The notes under the pieces: model-generated
What the model saw: the letters and a program-made list of their open reading frames with translations, nothing else
Told to the model about the DNA's origin: nothing
The model's database searches: none
Origin: Reclinomonas americana ATCC 50394
Taxonomy: Eukaryota
Length of the DNA stretch: 55,611 nt
Assembly (NCBI GenBank): GCA_048213135.1
Contig: PS015453.1
Coordinates: 104,983 to 160,593, forward strand
Direction: 5' to 3'
Shown here: piece by piece, positions 11,893 to 24,988 of the stretch
Layout of the letters: each line of letters opens with the position of its first letter
How positions within the stretch are numbered: position 1 is the first letter of the stretch
Program-made: the position numbers and the translations under genes

Positions 11893-14800
11893 ATGAAGAA
11901 CTTGCAGTGCCAGTTGGCCACGGCCAGTGGCCAGCCGCCGCCTACACTGCTGCAGTGCTTTGTGGGGCGCGCAGGCGACATGCCCGACCATGTGTTGGAG
12001 CCTCCGGACTGGCTCGCCACTGTCGCCAGCATGTTCCCGCGCCACGAGATGGAGCAGCTGCTCATACTCGCCGGCACCATTGTTGCGTTGTTTCAAGAGG
12101 AATAGAGAGAGAGAGAGAGTGAGAGAGAGATGAGCATAGGCGAGTATCTTTTTCTGGGCGTGCGTATGTTTGTGTTTGTTGCGGTTGTCGTGCGTGTGCC
12201 GGAGAACCTGTGCTTGTAGCGAGGAGAGGCAGAAGGCGTGTGTGGAGAGAACACACACATTCGCCCACTCACATGCAATGCGACTTGTCCACACAGTGGA
12301 ACCTCTCTGCTGGCGGAGTGGACACGGATGCCGTTGCTGACGTGCAGTTGCCGCATCCACTGGACGCAGTGGTTGCGTCTCTTTCTTGTGCTTTTCCCTC
12401 TCTCTTTTCATTGTCACGCTGACTGTGCACAGTTCCCGCATCCGGGCGGAGTGACTGGTGATTCGACGGCGCTGCGCTCGTGGCTGGAGGCGCACTTGCG
12501 GGTGTCGCTCGGTGTGCTGACGCCTCATGTGGCGTACCAGTCGGCACAGTCGGAGGTCGAGTCGTGGATGGAGAGCGTGGAGAGTGTGGCTGACGGCGGT
12601 CTGCGCGATGCGCCTCGGAAGATCACTCCGCAGGTGCTGGACCACGATCGAGGATTCTCGGTGGTCCTGGGGCTCTTGCGTGACATGCTGGTGCGGGGAA
12701 GGAAGCGTTTCATTGAAAAGAGAGAGAGACACACACACTGACTTATCTATCAACGTAATGGACAGGGAGAACGACCGAGCCGCGATCACCCGCTGCAGCC
12801 GGCAGCCAGTCAGGCCATTAACCATTTCATCAAGAACGTGTATTCGGGCGGCGCCGAGCTGCGTGCCTCGCAGGAGCTCTTTGGTTCGTGTGCATGAATG
12901 GCGTGAGGGTTTTCCTCTGCGTTGACTGATCGTCGTCGCTCTCGCGCAGATGCCGTGGACTTTGTGATTGACCAGCTGGGCGCTGTGCCGGACGACTTGC
13001 TGTGTGTGATGCTGCGCACGGCGTTGAGCCCTCATGTGCGTTGACCGCAGTGTGAGATGCACGCACTGAAATCTAAATATCAACCTATTTGCTGCCGCAG
13101 CTCATGTTCAAGGCCTTCTCGGAGCTGTTGGATCGCCGAACTGGTTTCATGAGCGATGTGCCGGCGTTCGCGGCCATTGTGGATGTGATGCATGATCGCG
13201 CCTACCGTACCACTCCGCCACGCACGGCGTACTTTTGGCAGCGGGCTCAAGGTGCTGCACACAAGTCGTGTCCACCCGCGAAACGCACGACATCTAACTC
13301 CTTTTTTTCCGCCTCCTCGCCCTGTCTACAGCGGGCTTTTGGCTGAGCAGCCCGACCACGTGCGCCATCTTGAAGTCCGATTTGCACGACATTGCGTGTG
13401 ACGGTGCGTCTCTGTGGCATAGAACGCCAATTATTTTGCGTGCATCACCATCTCACGTGTGCACAACATACTCACAGATCGCTTCGTCTACGTGCTTCGC
13501 GGTGGCGGGGAGGTGCTGAAATGCGGCACGGGAATTCGACGAACTCGCGCTGGCGCAGTCTACGTGTCTGTCGGCAAAGGTGTGTGTGACTAGAACGCTG
13601 GCATGTGTGTGTGCAAGAGAGACCTAATACGCGCTCCGTAGATGCCTTCCCTGCCGGCTTTGTGCCGGGTGCCATTGTCCTCGTTGGAAGCTCCAAGCTC
13701 TACCTGTGCGCGCGTCACAATGCCGAGACAGTGCGCTTCTTGCAAATCGACACCGAGACTCTGCAGGTCCGTGTATGTCCACACCAAACGCATTGTCACT
13801 CTCGTGCTCACCGCCGGCGGTACAGCCTGTCGGAGAGGTGCAAGAGGTTCCTGGTGTCACGCTCGACGTGCTCGTGAATGCCGAGTTCCAGCAGAACAAG
13901 ATCTACCTGATTTCCATGCAGGAAATGGAGGTTTGTGAAACGCTTCGTCCGATGGGCATGTTGGTCACCTGGATTTACTCACATGCACGTGAGTAGGGCA
14001 CGAAACCGTGTTCGGTCGTCGAATTCCCGGTGGCCGATGGGCGCATTCAGCCACCAACGAGCAATGTGTACCCTGTCAACCGCAAGCGCGGTGCGCTGCC
14101 CACGGTGAAGCCCGACGGCTCAGTGGCCATGGTCAATGTTCGTAAGCCTACTTTATCGAAAGCAGTGCAGCTGGCTTGACTGTGACACGTTTGCTGGTAT
14201 GTACAGGAAACGGAGGTGCCGTTCTGTTACGCGCGGCTGACACAGTCGTCCGACGGACGATTCTCGGTGGCGCTGATTCCGGCCATCGGGCTTGTCCAGC
14301 TGACGTGCTGGCCAGAGACTGTTGCGCATGTTGCTCGTCTTGTCGCGTATGTTGGAATGAGACAATGTTGGTGACCTTGCGCGTAGAGTTGTGCCAGCAA
14401 AGTGGTTCGCGACCACTTCCCCGAGTCGCTCAAGGCGTCCAAGGATGTGCTGTACGTGGCCGGCTTGCTGCTGGCTCAGATCTCGGCGGATCAGGTTCGG
14501 GTCATCCATCCACTTGCGTTGATTCAACGCTGCTATGACTGACCTGTGATACCCGGCGGCGGGGGGATTGCAGGCGTTGATCGAGAGTCACTGCGAGGAT
14601 GCCGACCTTGGTGGCTTCCTTGTCGGTGGCTTCACTCGTCTGTTCGAGTACAAACGCTTGTTCACCGCCGAGGGCAGTGCAGAGCGTGTGGATGCCGTCG
14701 ATGCCATGCTGGCTACCATGCTGGAATTGGCGTGCAATCTCTTGGGCCGGAGCGTCGGTGGAAGTTGCGCGCCGTGCCGTATGAATGGGGGAGCTGATAG

Positions 14801-15754
14801 GCAAGTGAGCTAACTCGCCAGTTACCTGTGCGCAGGCCACGTGCATCCGCTGCGCTCAATTCTGCGTGGTGCCGTGCGCCAACTCGAAGACAGTGACAGC
14901 CCCTCGGTGTGTGTGTGGTTTTCTATGTATGTGTATGTTCTTGTCAAACACTTTGCTGACATGTTCGGCAGGATGTGGAGCTCGTTGTGCGCATCAATGC
15001 AGTGCTCTCCACGGTGACTTCCGAGTCTTGTTTTGAAGCAGTGTTTGTCGTCTGTCCACCTTCTGCTGACCTGTCTGTCGTACCAGCATACGTGGAAGCT
15101 TCGCACGACTGCCGATTTGCTCGAGGAGGTCCGCCAGCTGTGCGCCGACGGCGACGCAGTCGCAGACGGCACGCTTGCCGAGTTGCGCGACGCTGTGCGA
15201 TTGGCCCGCTTTGGTGCGTACATTTGGGTGTTGTCGTCGTATTGAGTCACCCATCATGAACGTGAGCTTGCACATGCAGACTCGAGTCTCATCCGACCGG
15301 AGGCACTGCTTCCACTCTTCGACACCTTCTTCGTGCTGGTCGACAATGCTGCGGCACCAAAGGCGCCTGCGCACGTTCACGAGGTGACATTATTTTCTCT
15401 CCAGCTCAGCACTGTAATGCTCCTTCTCCGTAACTCATCAATGTCGCAGCTACTCACCGATCTGGCCGACTCGTTGTCGTTTGTGTTGCCGCATCTGGAA
15501 TTCGAGTCGCCGTCCCGTCTCTTCGTGTCGAGTTCGGCACAATTCATGGAGGCAGTGCTCAAAATTTTCCGTCTGTACGGCGACAAGGTTTGTGTCACTT
15601 TATCAGTGCGCTCTACCTCGCACACCATTGAGTATGCATGTGTGCAGGCGCAACCGGCAGTGGCGCACACGGCGTGTGAAACCATTCTGAACAGCATTGC
15701 CTCCACGCTGCTTGCGCGCTTGCCGGCTGAGGTGTGCTGTCTATTTTTCTTCTT

Positions 15755-15799
<45 letters not shown>

Positions 15800-18700
15800 G
15801 CCAACTCGTGGTGTCTGGCGATCAGGGTGGACTCTCGAATGTCAACTTGGAGTTGATGGATTTCCTCATGGCGTTCGCAAAGCAGCTGGTGCCGCTGATC
15901 GAGGGCCTCTTCCATGACAAGCACCCGACCATTCCATACTTGGCGTCGGTAAGATGACAGCGCCATCCTTTTCGGCGTGCGCCAAGTGCAGCGTTGTGTA
16001 CTGATGAATGCACAGGCCGTGGCACTGCCGCCCGGAGCTCGATCGCCAATCGATCTGCACGTTGTCTCCTGGATCACTGTGTGTCCCTGTTGCGTTGCCA
16101 TTTGCTTCTTCCACTGGCATTGTCCAATCTCTCCTTTACTTGTAAACGTTGCAGTGAAATCGGCCGGACCTCTCAAAGTTGAGAGCTCGCAGGGAACGCT
16201 GCTGGAGATCGAGTCGTTGCGTTGCGGCATCTCCTTCCCGTCGTCTTTTGCGCGCACAGTCGCTGATGGTGTCGCACAGCAATGCCACCATGCTGAAGCG
16301 GAATGTGCTGCTGTATGCCGCCGGCAGTGAGGATTGTCTTGTGCCGCAGGATCGCCTCTTCAGCTTGGCATCGAGTTCTACATCCATGCTTCCGACTGTT
16401 GCGCACCCCTGCACACACGCGTGTATGCCTCCTCATCTCTCCTGGGAACGTGTTACTGACTGCTATCGTGTGGTAGTTGATGCTGTGCAACTCCACCGAG
16501 GCGCCCGCGGACTCGGAAGATGTGACGAGCGTACGCGAGCGCTCGTGGGTGCTGCACATTGGTTTCAAGCCGGCGTATGTGTTGGCCAGTCGTTGGTTTG
16601 CCGTCGCACAGCGCATCGGCGAGACCCTGTTGCAGCCATTTGAGAAGTGGCTCCCGTCGCATCACAATGACGACGTTTCCGACTTTTTCTTCCGTCAGCT
16701 GATGCGTGAGACGGGCTTGGAGCGCGCCGCTGCGGCCGAGGTACGTGCTTTTGCGTGCCAAGCGAATCGAGTCCTCGTGTCACTCATACTTTTCGCATTC
16801 ATGTGCAGCCGGCAACACGCCGTCGTGGTGGCTCTGTCGATCTCGGTCGCAGCCTCTCTCTCTCCTCCGCGCGCATGTCCAGCGTTCTGTCGTCACCGAC
16901 CGTGATTGCTGACGACGTGATTCCCGGTCTCGACATTCTGCACGAGCTGTTCCGTCAGCAGTTTGCCAGTGCGGTGAGCATGTCCGCCATTGTTGCTACT
17001 CGCATGCCACCGCCTCCTCATCCTGTGCTGGTCTCATAGTTGCCAGATACCGAGTCGTGGAGTTCGCCGTCGGCCACCAAGACCGACGCCGATCCGCCCC
17101 ACCCGCACTTGGTGCGCGCTGCCGCCGACTTTGCCGCGTTCATGATTGAGCGTGTCAGTCGGAAGCATGCTGCGTATTCGATCGCGCAAAGTGTGGAATA
17201 TCACGTGCGCGACTCATGCGGCTCAATCGTTTTTGCAGATGTTTGGACGTCGCACAGCCGCACCGGGAGACTGGGGCGACCGGTTCGACAGCATCGAACT
17301 GGCGCTGCAGTCTGTGGTGCTGAAGCACTTGGGACTTGCCGACGATGTGGCAGATGTGGTTGTACAACTGCGTCTCGGCAATCGTGGGGACGAGGTGGAG
17401 ATGCCGCCATCGCTGCAGCACTGGTGGCGAGTGCTGTCGGAGTTCATTCGCCGTCAGCTCATCGGCAAGAAGCAGGAGCTGACCAAGGCGGCAGAGAAGA
17501 TATCTTCCGTGGAAGCCGGTTCGTCGGCAGGCTGGAGTGTTTGCTGTGCGTGAGCCTGTGCACAACAATCTCATCCCTTTTCTCTCTCGACCAGTGCTGA
17601 CATCGACGCTGAATGAGACGTGGCACTCGTTTGCACGTGATCTGATCCGACGCCTCGACTTGCTCTTCCGCTTCCAGGCGGTACGTGATTCTTGCTGTGC
17701 GCTGCAGTGTATGTCGTGCCCATGCGTGTGTGTGCGCACAGCGCTTCCGTGAGCATGCCGATCTGTCTGCCGAATTCAGCGCTCTTGACCATCCTCGTCA
17801 GCAGCCACGGTACGGCGTTTTCTCCGTGTGTTTGTCACTCGTGAATCTCGGTGCTTACTTGCCCGCAGCACGCCGCACGCGTCGCTCTCTGCTCTCGTCA
17901 CGCCGTTCGTGCGCGGCAAGGAGCACAACCCGTTCGCGCAGCTGCAGCCGGTGTCGTCCTTCACCGAACTCACTCCAGACCCTGAAAACAAGGAAGTGGC
18001 GGAGTTCATGCGACTCCTCCAGTCGTACTGTGTGGTGTGTGTCGTGAGACCACACACTCTCTGTCTGACTGAGACTTGACTTGCTGACAATTCGTTCTTC
18101 AGCGAACGGATATTCAGCCGAGTGTGCTGTTTGAGGCGGCTGTGCACAACGAGAAAGCCGTGCTCTTCCACACGGTGGGCCTGAGTGTTCACCAGCGGCT
18201 TCTCGGTATCGCCACCCTGCGCGGCGTTGCTGTTGCCGAGCTGCGCATGTTGCTGCTGTCGCTGTGGCGCTCCATTCTTGCGCAGGGCGAGGCGCACATG
18301 CGCGTGCAAAAGCCAGGAGCCGAGGACAAGGATCCTCTCTGTTACGTCGGCCCCTGTGTCCCTCGTTTTCTGGTCTCGCTCGTGATATTCACCGCTTCAC
18401 AACACGTCGACAGTGGTGACTGGTATTAACAGCGCCCATCGCATCTTTATCCGCGATACGTTCCGGGTGTCGGAGGCCGACATTCGCAAGATCGACCTGC
18501 TGATCGAGAGTCTCGTCGACAAGATTCTCGTGACACTGGAGACTGACGTGCGTCTCCGTTGCTGTGCGCTTGCCGAACCACATTTTCCTTATTGGTGTGA
18601 CTGTGTGTGTGCGTGTGCAGACCTCCAAGCACGCTTGGTTCTACGTGGACGCCGCCGTCCAGTTGCTCAGTGCACTCACCAGCCAGTGGGACAATCCGAA

Positions 18701-21700
18701 GATGACTGTGGTTCTGCGCCAGTTCACGCACGGCACACTGCCGGTGTCGGCCAGTGCCTCACCTGTGCAGGTGTGTGCTGTCGCAGCTGTGTATTCTCGT
18801 GATCGGCGCGCATGACTGACTTGACGTCAACAAATTCACGCAGCCGCCGATCGCCAGTGCCCTCGTGCGGACGTGGGGCTGGTTGCTGCTGCAGGCGGCA
18901 GTGCTGATGGGTCACACGACTGTCCACTCCAACGTGGGCGTGCACGGCGAGGCGCAGGATGCGTATGCATCCATTATCAAGACATACTTGGATGACCTGG
19001 CGACGCTGGTGGCCTCGGTGCCCGCGCGTGGCAAGTCATTTGGCGTGCATGCGCAGGAGGGACTGGCGCTGGTGCAGCACCTGCTGCTCGCAGGTAGTTC
19101 ACATTCAGCCGCGCGTCCACGACATTGTTTTCTTGGCATTGTGTGATTCACTCTGTCGTCGTTGTGACATGCAGGCGACGGTGTCGTGCGCCATCACCTC
19201 GTTCGGCGTGCTCCATTCCATGCCCACTTGTGCAAGGTACTTTTCAGGCAGCAGATGCATTCCACTGTGTTCTTTGAAGGAGTGTGTGCCAACACTATTG
19301 GTGTGTGTGCGCGTGCGCGTGTGTCAGATTGTGTGCAGCGTCGACGGTTATCATCCCGTGTTGCGCGCGTTGTGTGCGCGGATCCTGCAAGTGTTCATGG
19401 AGAGCTCGAATCCGAGCATCCTCGAGCACCTTCGAGTTGACGGTGAACGTGTATTCTTCTTCGACAACCTCGTGACAGCAGCACTGCGTGAGTCTGAGCA
19501 AGGTCGCTGGCTCCGACGAATCGACGAGGTGCGTATGTGTGCGTTTTTGTGCTGGGTGTCGATTTTTTTCTAACCCAAGTCACATGCGCAGGACCATTCG
19601 CTCAGCAAGGATGACATTCGATCATTGTTGTCTGCATCTGGCAGCAGCAGCAGTGCAAAGGGGAAATTTGTGCACAGCGCACTTGGTGAGTGAGTGGGCG
19701 AGGCAATATCTTTCGACATTTGCGCTCTGCCTTGCTGATGCGATCCACGTTCTCCTGCAGGCACATCGGAAGACCAAGTGGCCGAGTCGTCACTGTCCGG
19801 TATCTCGACCTCTCTCATTCTCTTCCTCCGTCCCCCTCGCACTGACTCGCCTCCCTGATAGACGGCGCATCGGCGTCTGCGGCTGACGGTAGTGGTGGTG
19901 GTGGTGGTGATGGAGAGGCCAAGGTTGCGGCAGATACTGTTGCTGCATTGTCGGGCGACAGCGCAGATCAATGGTTCCCGCTGTCACTCCTCGGCATCGT
20001 GAAACCCGAGCAGACAACATCAGTCGGCGGTATCTCGGGTGCGTTTGACGAGTGTGCTCTATTACATTGCGCCACGCTGCCTCTAACCTCCTCCTTATCA
20101 TCATCGCAGCACTGTTTTCTCCTACCGCAAAGTTCTTGACGCTGGATGATTTCCCGGGGCGTGATGAATACGTTCAATACATGCGTGATACGCTGCAGGT
20201 TGGCTTCCGTGTCGAGTGCATTGAAGCGTACGGCTTGGTGCAAGTCGGCGGTGCGTTCGTAGTGCAGTGAGCTGCGCTTGGTCGGTGCGCACACACGCTG
20301 ATAAACTATGCGCTCGCACAGATGTCGGTACATTCTACGACTGCGACGGATACCCGCCGTGGTATGTGACATATTGTTGTCGACCTCTTGTGTGTACAGC
20401 ACAGCGCCTGACTGCGATGATGCGCAGCTACGTTTCATGGGATCGTAACTTGGGCTCCGGAAGTCGCCTCCCGCAAGCTGCTGCCGATGCGGGAAGGACC
20501 ACGGAGTATGGCGTGCGTAACGATTTTCTGTTTTGATTCGTGTTCCCAACAGTTGAATTCTTACTTTTGCGTGTGTTCTCGTGCAGTACTGGGTGGAACA
20601 CTAGTGCGTGACTGAGTTTCTTGTTTTCCGGCATGCTGTTTGTCACTGAGATCGTCAATCTGCGTGCAGTCATATTCGCATCATCGCGGGACTTGACGGC
20701 GGTGGCAAGAAGGCCGGTGCGCGTGCACCAGCAAAGCCCCCGGTGGGCGCAAAGAAGAAGCTGCCGGGGAAGAAGGCGGCTGCAAAGTCGCCCAAGCCGT
20801 CGTCGACAACTGATCCAGCTGACGACTCGAGCCCGAAAGCAAACGCGGCGGCGTTGGCTATCGAGGTGACTGCGTCGTCTTTCACTCGAATTAGTCTCTG
20901 CACTAACATTCACCCATGACTGTGTGCGCAGCAAATGACCGCGTACCTGACAAAGCACTTCCCAGACAGTCTGTCGACAAATGTGTCGGCGGGTATGCTG
21001 GGCCGGCTGTTGCTCCGCTCCAGCGACTGGCGCCAGTATCTGGTTGCGCAGCTGTCGGAGTCACGTATTGTGGAGACGGCGATGCAGCTGTTGGATCGCG
21101 ACACATTCCGAGTTGTTGCGCGTGACGAGAGCATTGGCGCTCCGTTCACTCTGCTTCGAATCCTTGGTGAGAACAGTGCTGGACTAAGTGATTAGTCCAG
21201 TGTGTACTCACTGTTTCAATAGGAACACTTGATTCTGTTCTGCAAATCGGCGACTCGTGCAACGTCACCGACACGTATGCTGGCATTGCGGTGTCCACGG
21301 ACGATGAGCAGCCGCGGCAGCATGTGGTGCTCCTCAAGGTTACGTTTTCATCATAATACTCATCCCTGCGCCAGTGAACTAAAACTGGGGTGCGGCGGCT
21401 GCAGGGCTCCACCCCCGAGCTCACCGACGAGGCGCCTATCAAGCGACGATCGGCGCTTGGACTGCCGTCGGAGCTCGCGGACAGCCTCATTGCGCTCTTC
21501 CGCAACACCTCCACTGTCATGTTGCCGAATGTGTTCATTTCTGCGCAAGAAGGTTCACAATTGCGCCCTGCAATAGTTGGTCGCCCGCCCATCTTTGCCC
21601 ACTTGCTGCGAATTACAGTCAAGCAGGCATCGTCCGCAGTGTTCTCGGAGCAGCTCCTGGAAACTCGCGGCACCGTTCCTCCGTGTGTGTTCCGTGACGC

Positions 21701-24700
21701 GTACGAGACCGATGCGGAGGCCGGACTTGTGTACACGTCCGAGTTGCGTCGTGGTTCCACACGCCGCACGTCTGTCATGCAAGTTTCCGGCTGATAACCC
21801 TGTCTCTCCTCTCTGTGATGTCGCCTGTGCAGGTGGCGCAATGTCGGCATGATTCCCACGCCGGTGACGGCAGTGTTGGCGCCGCACCGGTCGGTTCTGT
21901 ACTTTGAAATGGTGGTGGCTGACGACGCACCAGCGGGGTATGTTTCCCGTTGCCGGATATGGAGTTCGACGTCTTCTCACATGATGCGAGTACCGTGCAG
22001 CACTGTTGCACTCGGCGTCGGCAAGCCCGGAACGCTGGTCAACTTCCTCTTCACCTTCGCCTCCCTGAACAAGGGCGCAGTGATTGGTGCTGGCATTGAC
22101 CTCACCGCCGGACACTTGTGGATCACCGAGGACGGCGCCGTTGTGGGTGCGTGAGGCTTGATCGTAGAAATAGTTTCCTGTTATCAGTCCTACTCATCGG
22201 TGCATTTCAGCGAACATGGCCTTGCCGTCGCGCCTCCAGCCTGTGTGTGGCATGGCAGCCATCCAGCGTGTGGGCATTCGGGTCAGTTAGAATGTGTCGT
22301 CTGGGCCTGAGCGTATTGGTATTCACTCTCGTCTCCCCTCAGCTGGTGCCGCGCGATGGTGTCTCCCAGCCGTTTGCCTTTGAGAAGATCACGGCATTGT
22401 TGGCGTCGAATCGCTTCGTGGTGCAGGTGCAGGTGCAGTCTCGCATCTCCACTGCCATGCAGACAGCGCAGCTCTTTGTTCTCTCGCACGCCCTGGCACG
22501 CTCCACGTGCGACTACCGCGGTAAGTGCGGTTGTTCTGTTAAGACGACAGGCGGCTCGTATGCTGACGGCGTCATTTCACCGCCCAGATGTGATCTCTCT
22601 TCTGTGGCAGCAGGCGGCTCTGGTGGGCTCGTCGTCGATGGAGGGCATTGATGCAGACTCGGAGCGCGGTATGTTATGACCGGAGAGGGCTCGTCTGCTG
22701 CACCTCCCAGTGCTGACTCGTGCTCGTTCTCGACGCCGCCGCAGTGTTCGCTCAGCACCAGCAAGCGCTCTTTGCGTGCTGGCTGGAGATTCTCCGCCAC
22801 CGACCAGCCGAGGAGGTGGCTGCAGCCGGTGAAAAGTTCGTGCCGGTGTTCGAGTTTGTTGTCAACGTTGCGTGCCGTCTGACGCCACTCGCAGTTGATC
22901 GCCTCTGATTTTTGTGTACAGATGGCAGCGCAGTTTGGCGACTCGCTCTCCTCGGCGGACATTGATATGTTGGTGTCGGCACTGAGTCGCGTCCTGCACA
23001 CAGGTGCCAGCGCCGAATGTGCGTGCCGCACGCACTTGCGCTTTGTGTCACTATGCCGTATCTCACTGCAGCTGTGTTGTTCATGTCGACCGCGCAGTCT
23101 TTGTCGTCTGGGAGGTCATTCTGGCAATCGCAGAAAAGAAGAGTGCTGCCAAGCGCATTCTGATCCCGCTGGCTGCCGCGCTGTCCGAGCGTACTGCGAC
23201 GCAGGTTTGTCGCGGCACTTGCTGCTGAAACACATGGGCAACCTGAAGCTGATCATGTGTGCACAGATTCGCCAGCAGGTGGCCCTCGCACACATGACGC
23301 AAGCATTCACCCACGATCTCGTTGGCAAGGTGGCGCATTCTTGCTGATTTCAGCTTCTTTCTTTTGTGCGCATCTTGACGGGGAGACTCGCCACAGATTG
23401 TCTTGCGACTCCTTCACGGAGTCGAGTTCCCGCACGTGCACTTTGGCGGCATCTACCTGGAAGAGTTCTTGAATACGAGCAGCGGTGGTGGTAGTCGCTC
23501 ATCGGCAGCCGTGAACGATGAGGATGATGATTCGCACGGGCTGGCGATGCTTTTCGCTTCGAATTCATACGAGCCGCAGGGTGACGCAGGTTACGTGGCA
23601 GTGCTTTCCCGACTGTGGAGAACGTGTGTGTTGTTCGCTCACAATTTCGGTGCGATTCCAGTACTGTCGGCCACGTCATCTTTCGCAGGCGCCGCCGCGC
23701 GTGACGCTGTTCTGGGCAACGAGGTTAAGTGCTTGTGTTGCTCGCCCCGCCACGCAGAGTAATTCGCTGACGGAGAGTCTCATCTCACAGTCTGCGGACA
23801 AGGTGCTGGAGGAAGTTCGCGGTGCGTGATTAGTCACTGTCACTTTTTCATACTCTCGGAAGCTGACTTGAGCACCTGTGGCAGTGCTGTATCGTGGCGC
23901 ATTGAGCTCCGCGATCAAGAACTGCTTGACGGATCAGCCGGCACAGACGCTTTCTCGCTTGAGGTTTGGTGCCGCTCTCGCGTATCACACATCCTCTCTT
24001 GTCTGTGACACCCCGCCGCCCGACCAGCATTCTTCGCGCTCTCCGTCCTGCCGACCTGCGTCTGGTGGGACTGCCGTCCGTCAGTGGTAACAACAAGACG
24101 CTGTTCGACGGTGTGGAGCTCTTTGTGGCCTTTGATTGCCTTTCCAGTCGCAAGCAGCCGGCCTCGGCTGTGTACTCGCTCGCATTGGAGGCAACGGTTG
24201 GTGTTGTTGCGCGAGAGCGACTTGAAGCGTCTGCTGCTTACCTTTTCATCCACCACAGTGTGAACTCACCGAAGAGTGGCCGGCGTCGCTGGACAAGGCC
24301 ATCCTGGAATACATTGCGGCGGCTGACGCATCCTGGCTCGCCTCCACGGCCGCCTTGCGCGCTGTTCGCAAGAGCTCCATGTTGCAGTTGCTCACTGACG
24401 ACAGCCCCAGCGAAGCACTCGCGAAAGCTCGCAGTGATCTGTTTGCTGCGGTGGAGCGCGAGCTCGGCATGTCGGTGCCAGCGCAGTGCATTGAGGATCG
24501 CTGGTTGATGCTGCAGAGTGTGACCTCGCGACTCTCCGGTGCGTGCACGTCTCGCAGCTGGCGGCTGCATGTTACCGTACATCTCATCAAGCGCGCGTGC
24601 AGATGATGGTCGTTTGTCGGCTGTCGGCACACTGCGTTTGGAGGCTGTGGGTGCGTACCCATCATGCAGAATATCCTGACCGCCGCTCAGCATTGATTTT

Positions 24701-24955
24701 CTACTCTGCGTGCGTGTCATTGAAATAGCTGCGCAAGTGCGACACGCTATTCCGACTCCCTGTCGCCTTGCGCTCTTCCGCCAAAAGATCGCACAACTGG
24801 CGGCCATCAATTCTGGCAAGGTATATCGATCGCACTGCTCCCTCGAAAGTATGGAGAGGTTCTGTGTTTGACGGTTGCGACATTGCCTGACAGTTCCGTT
24901 CCAACTCGTACAACTTGAATCGTATCGGCGCTGCCGAGGGTCGCAAGCGTTGCGT

Positions 24956-24988
<33 letters not shown>

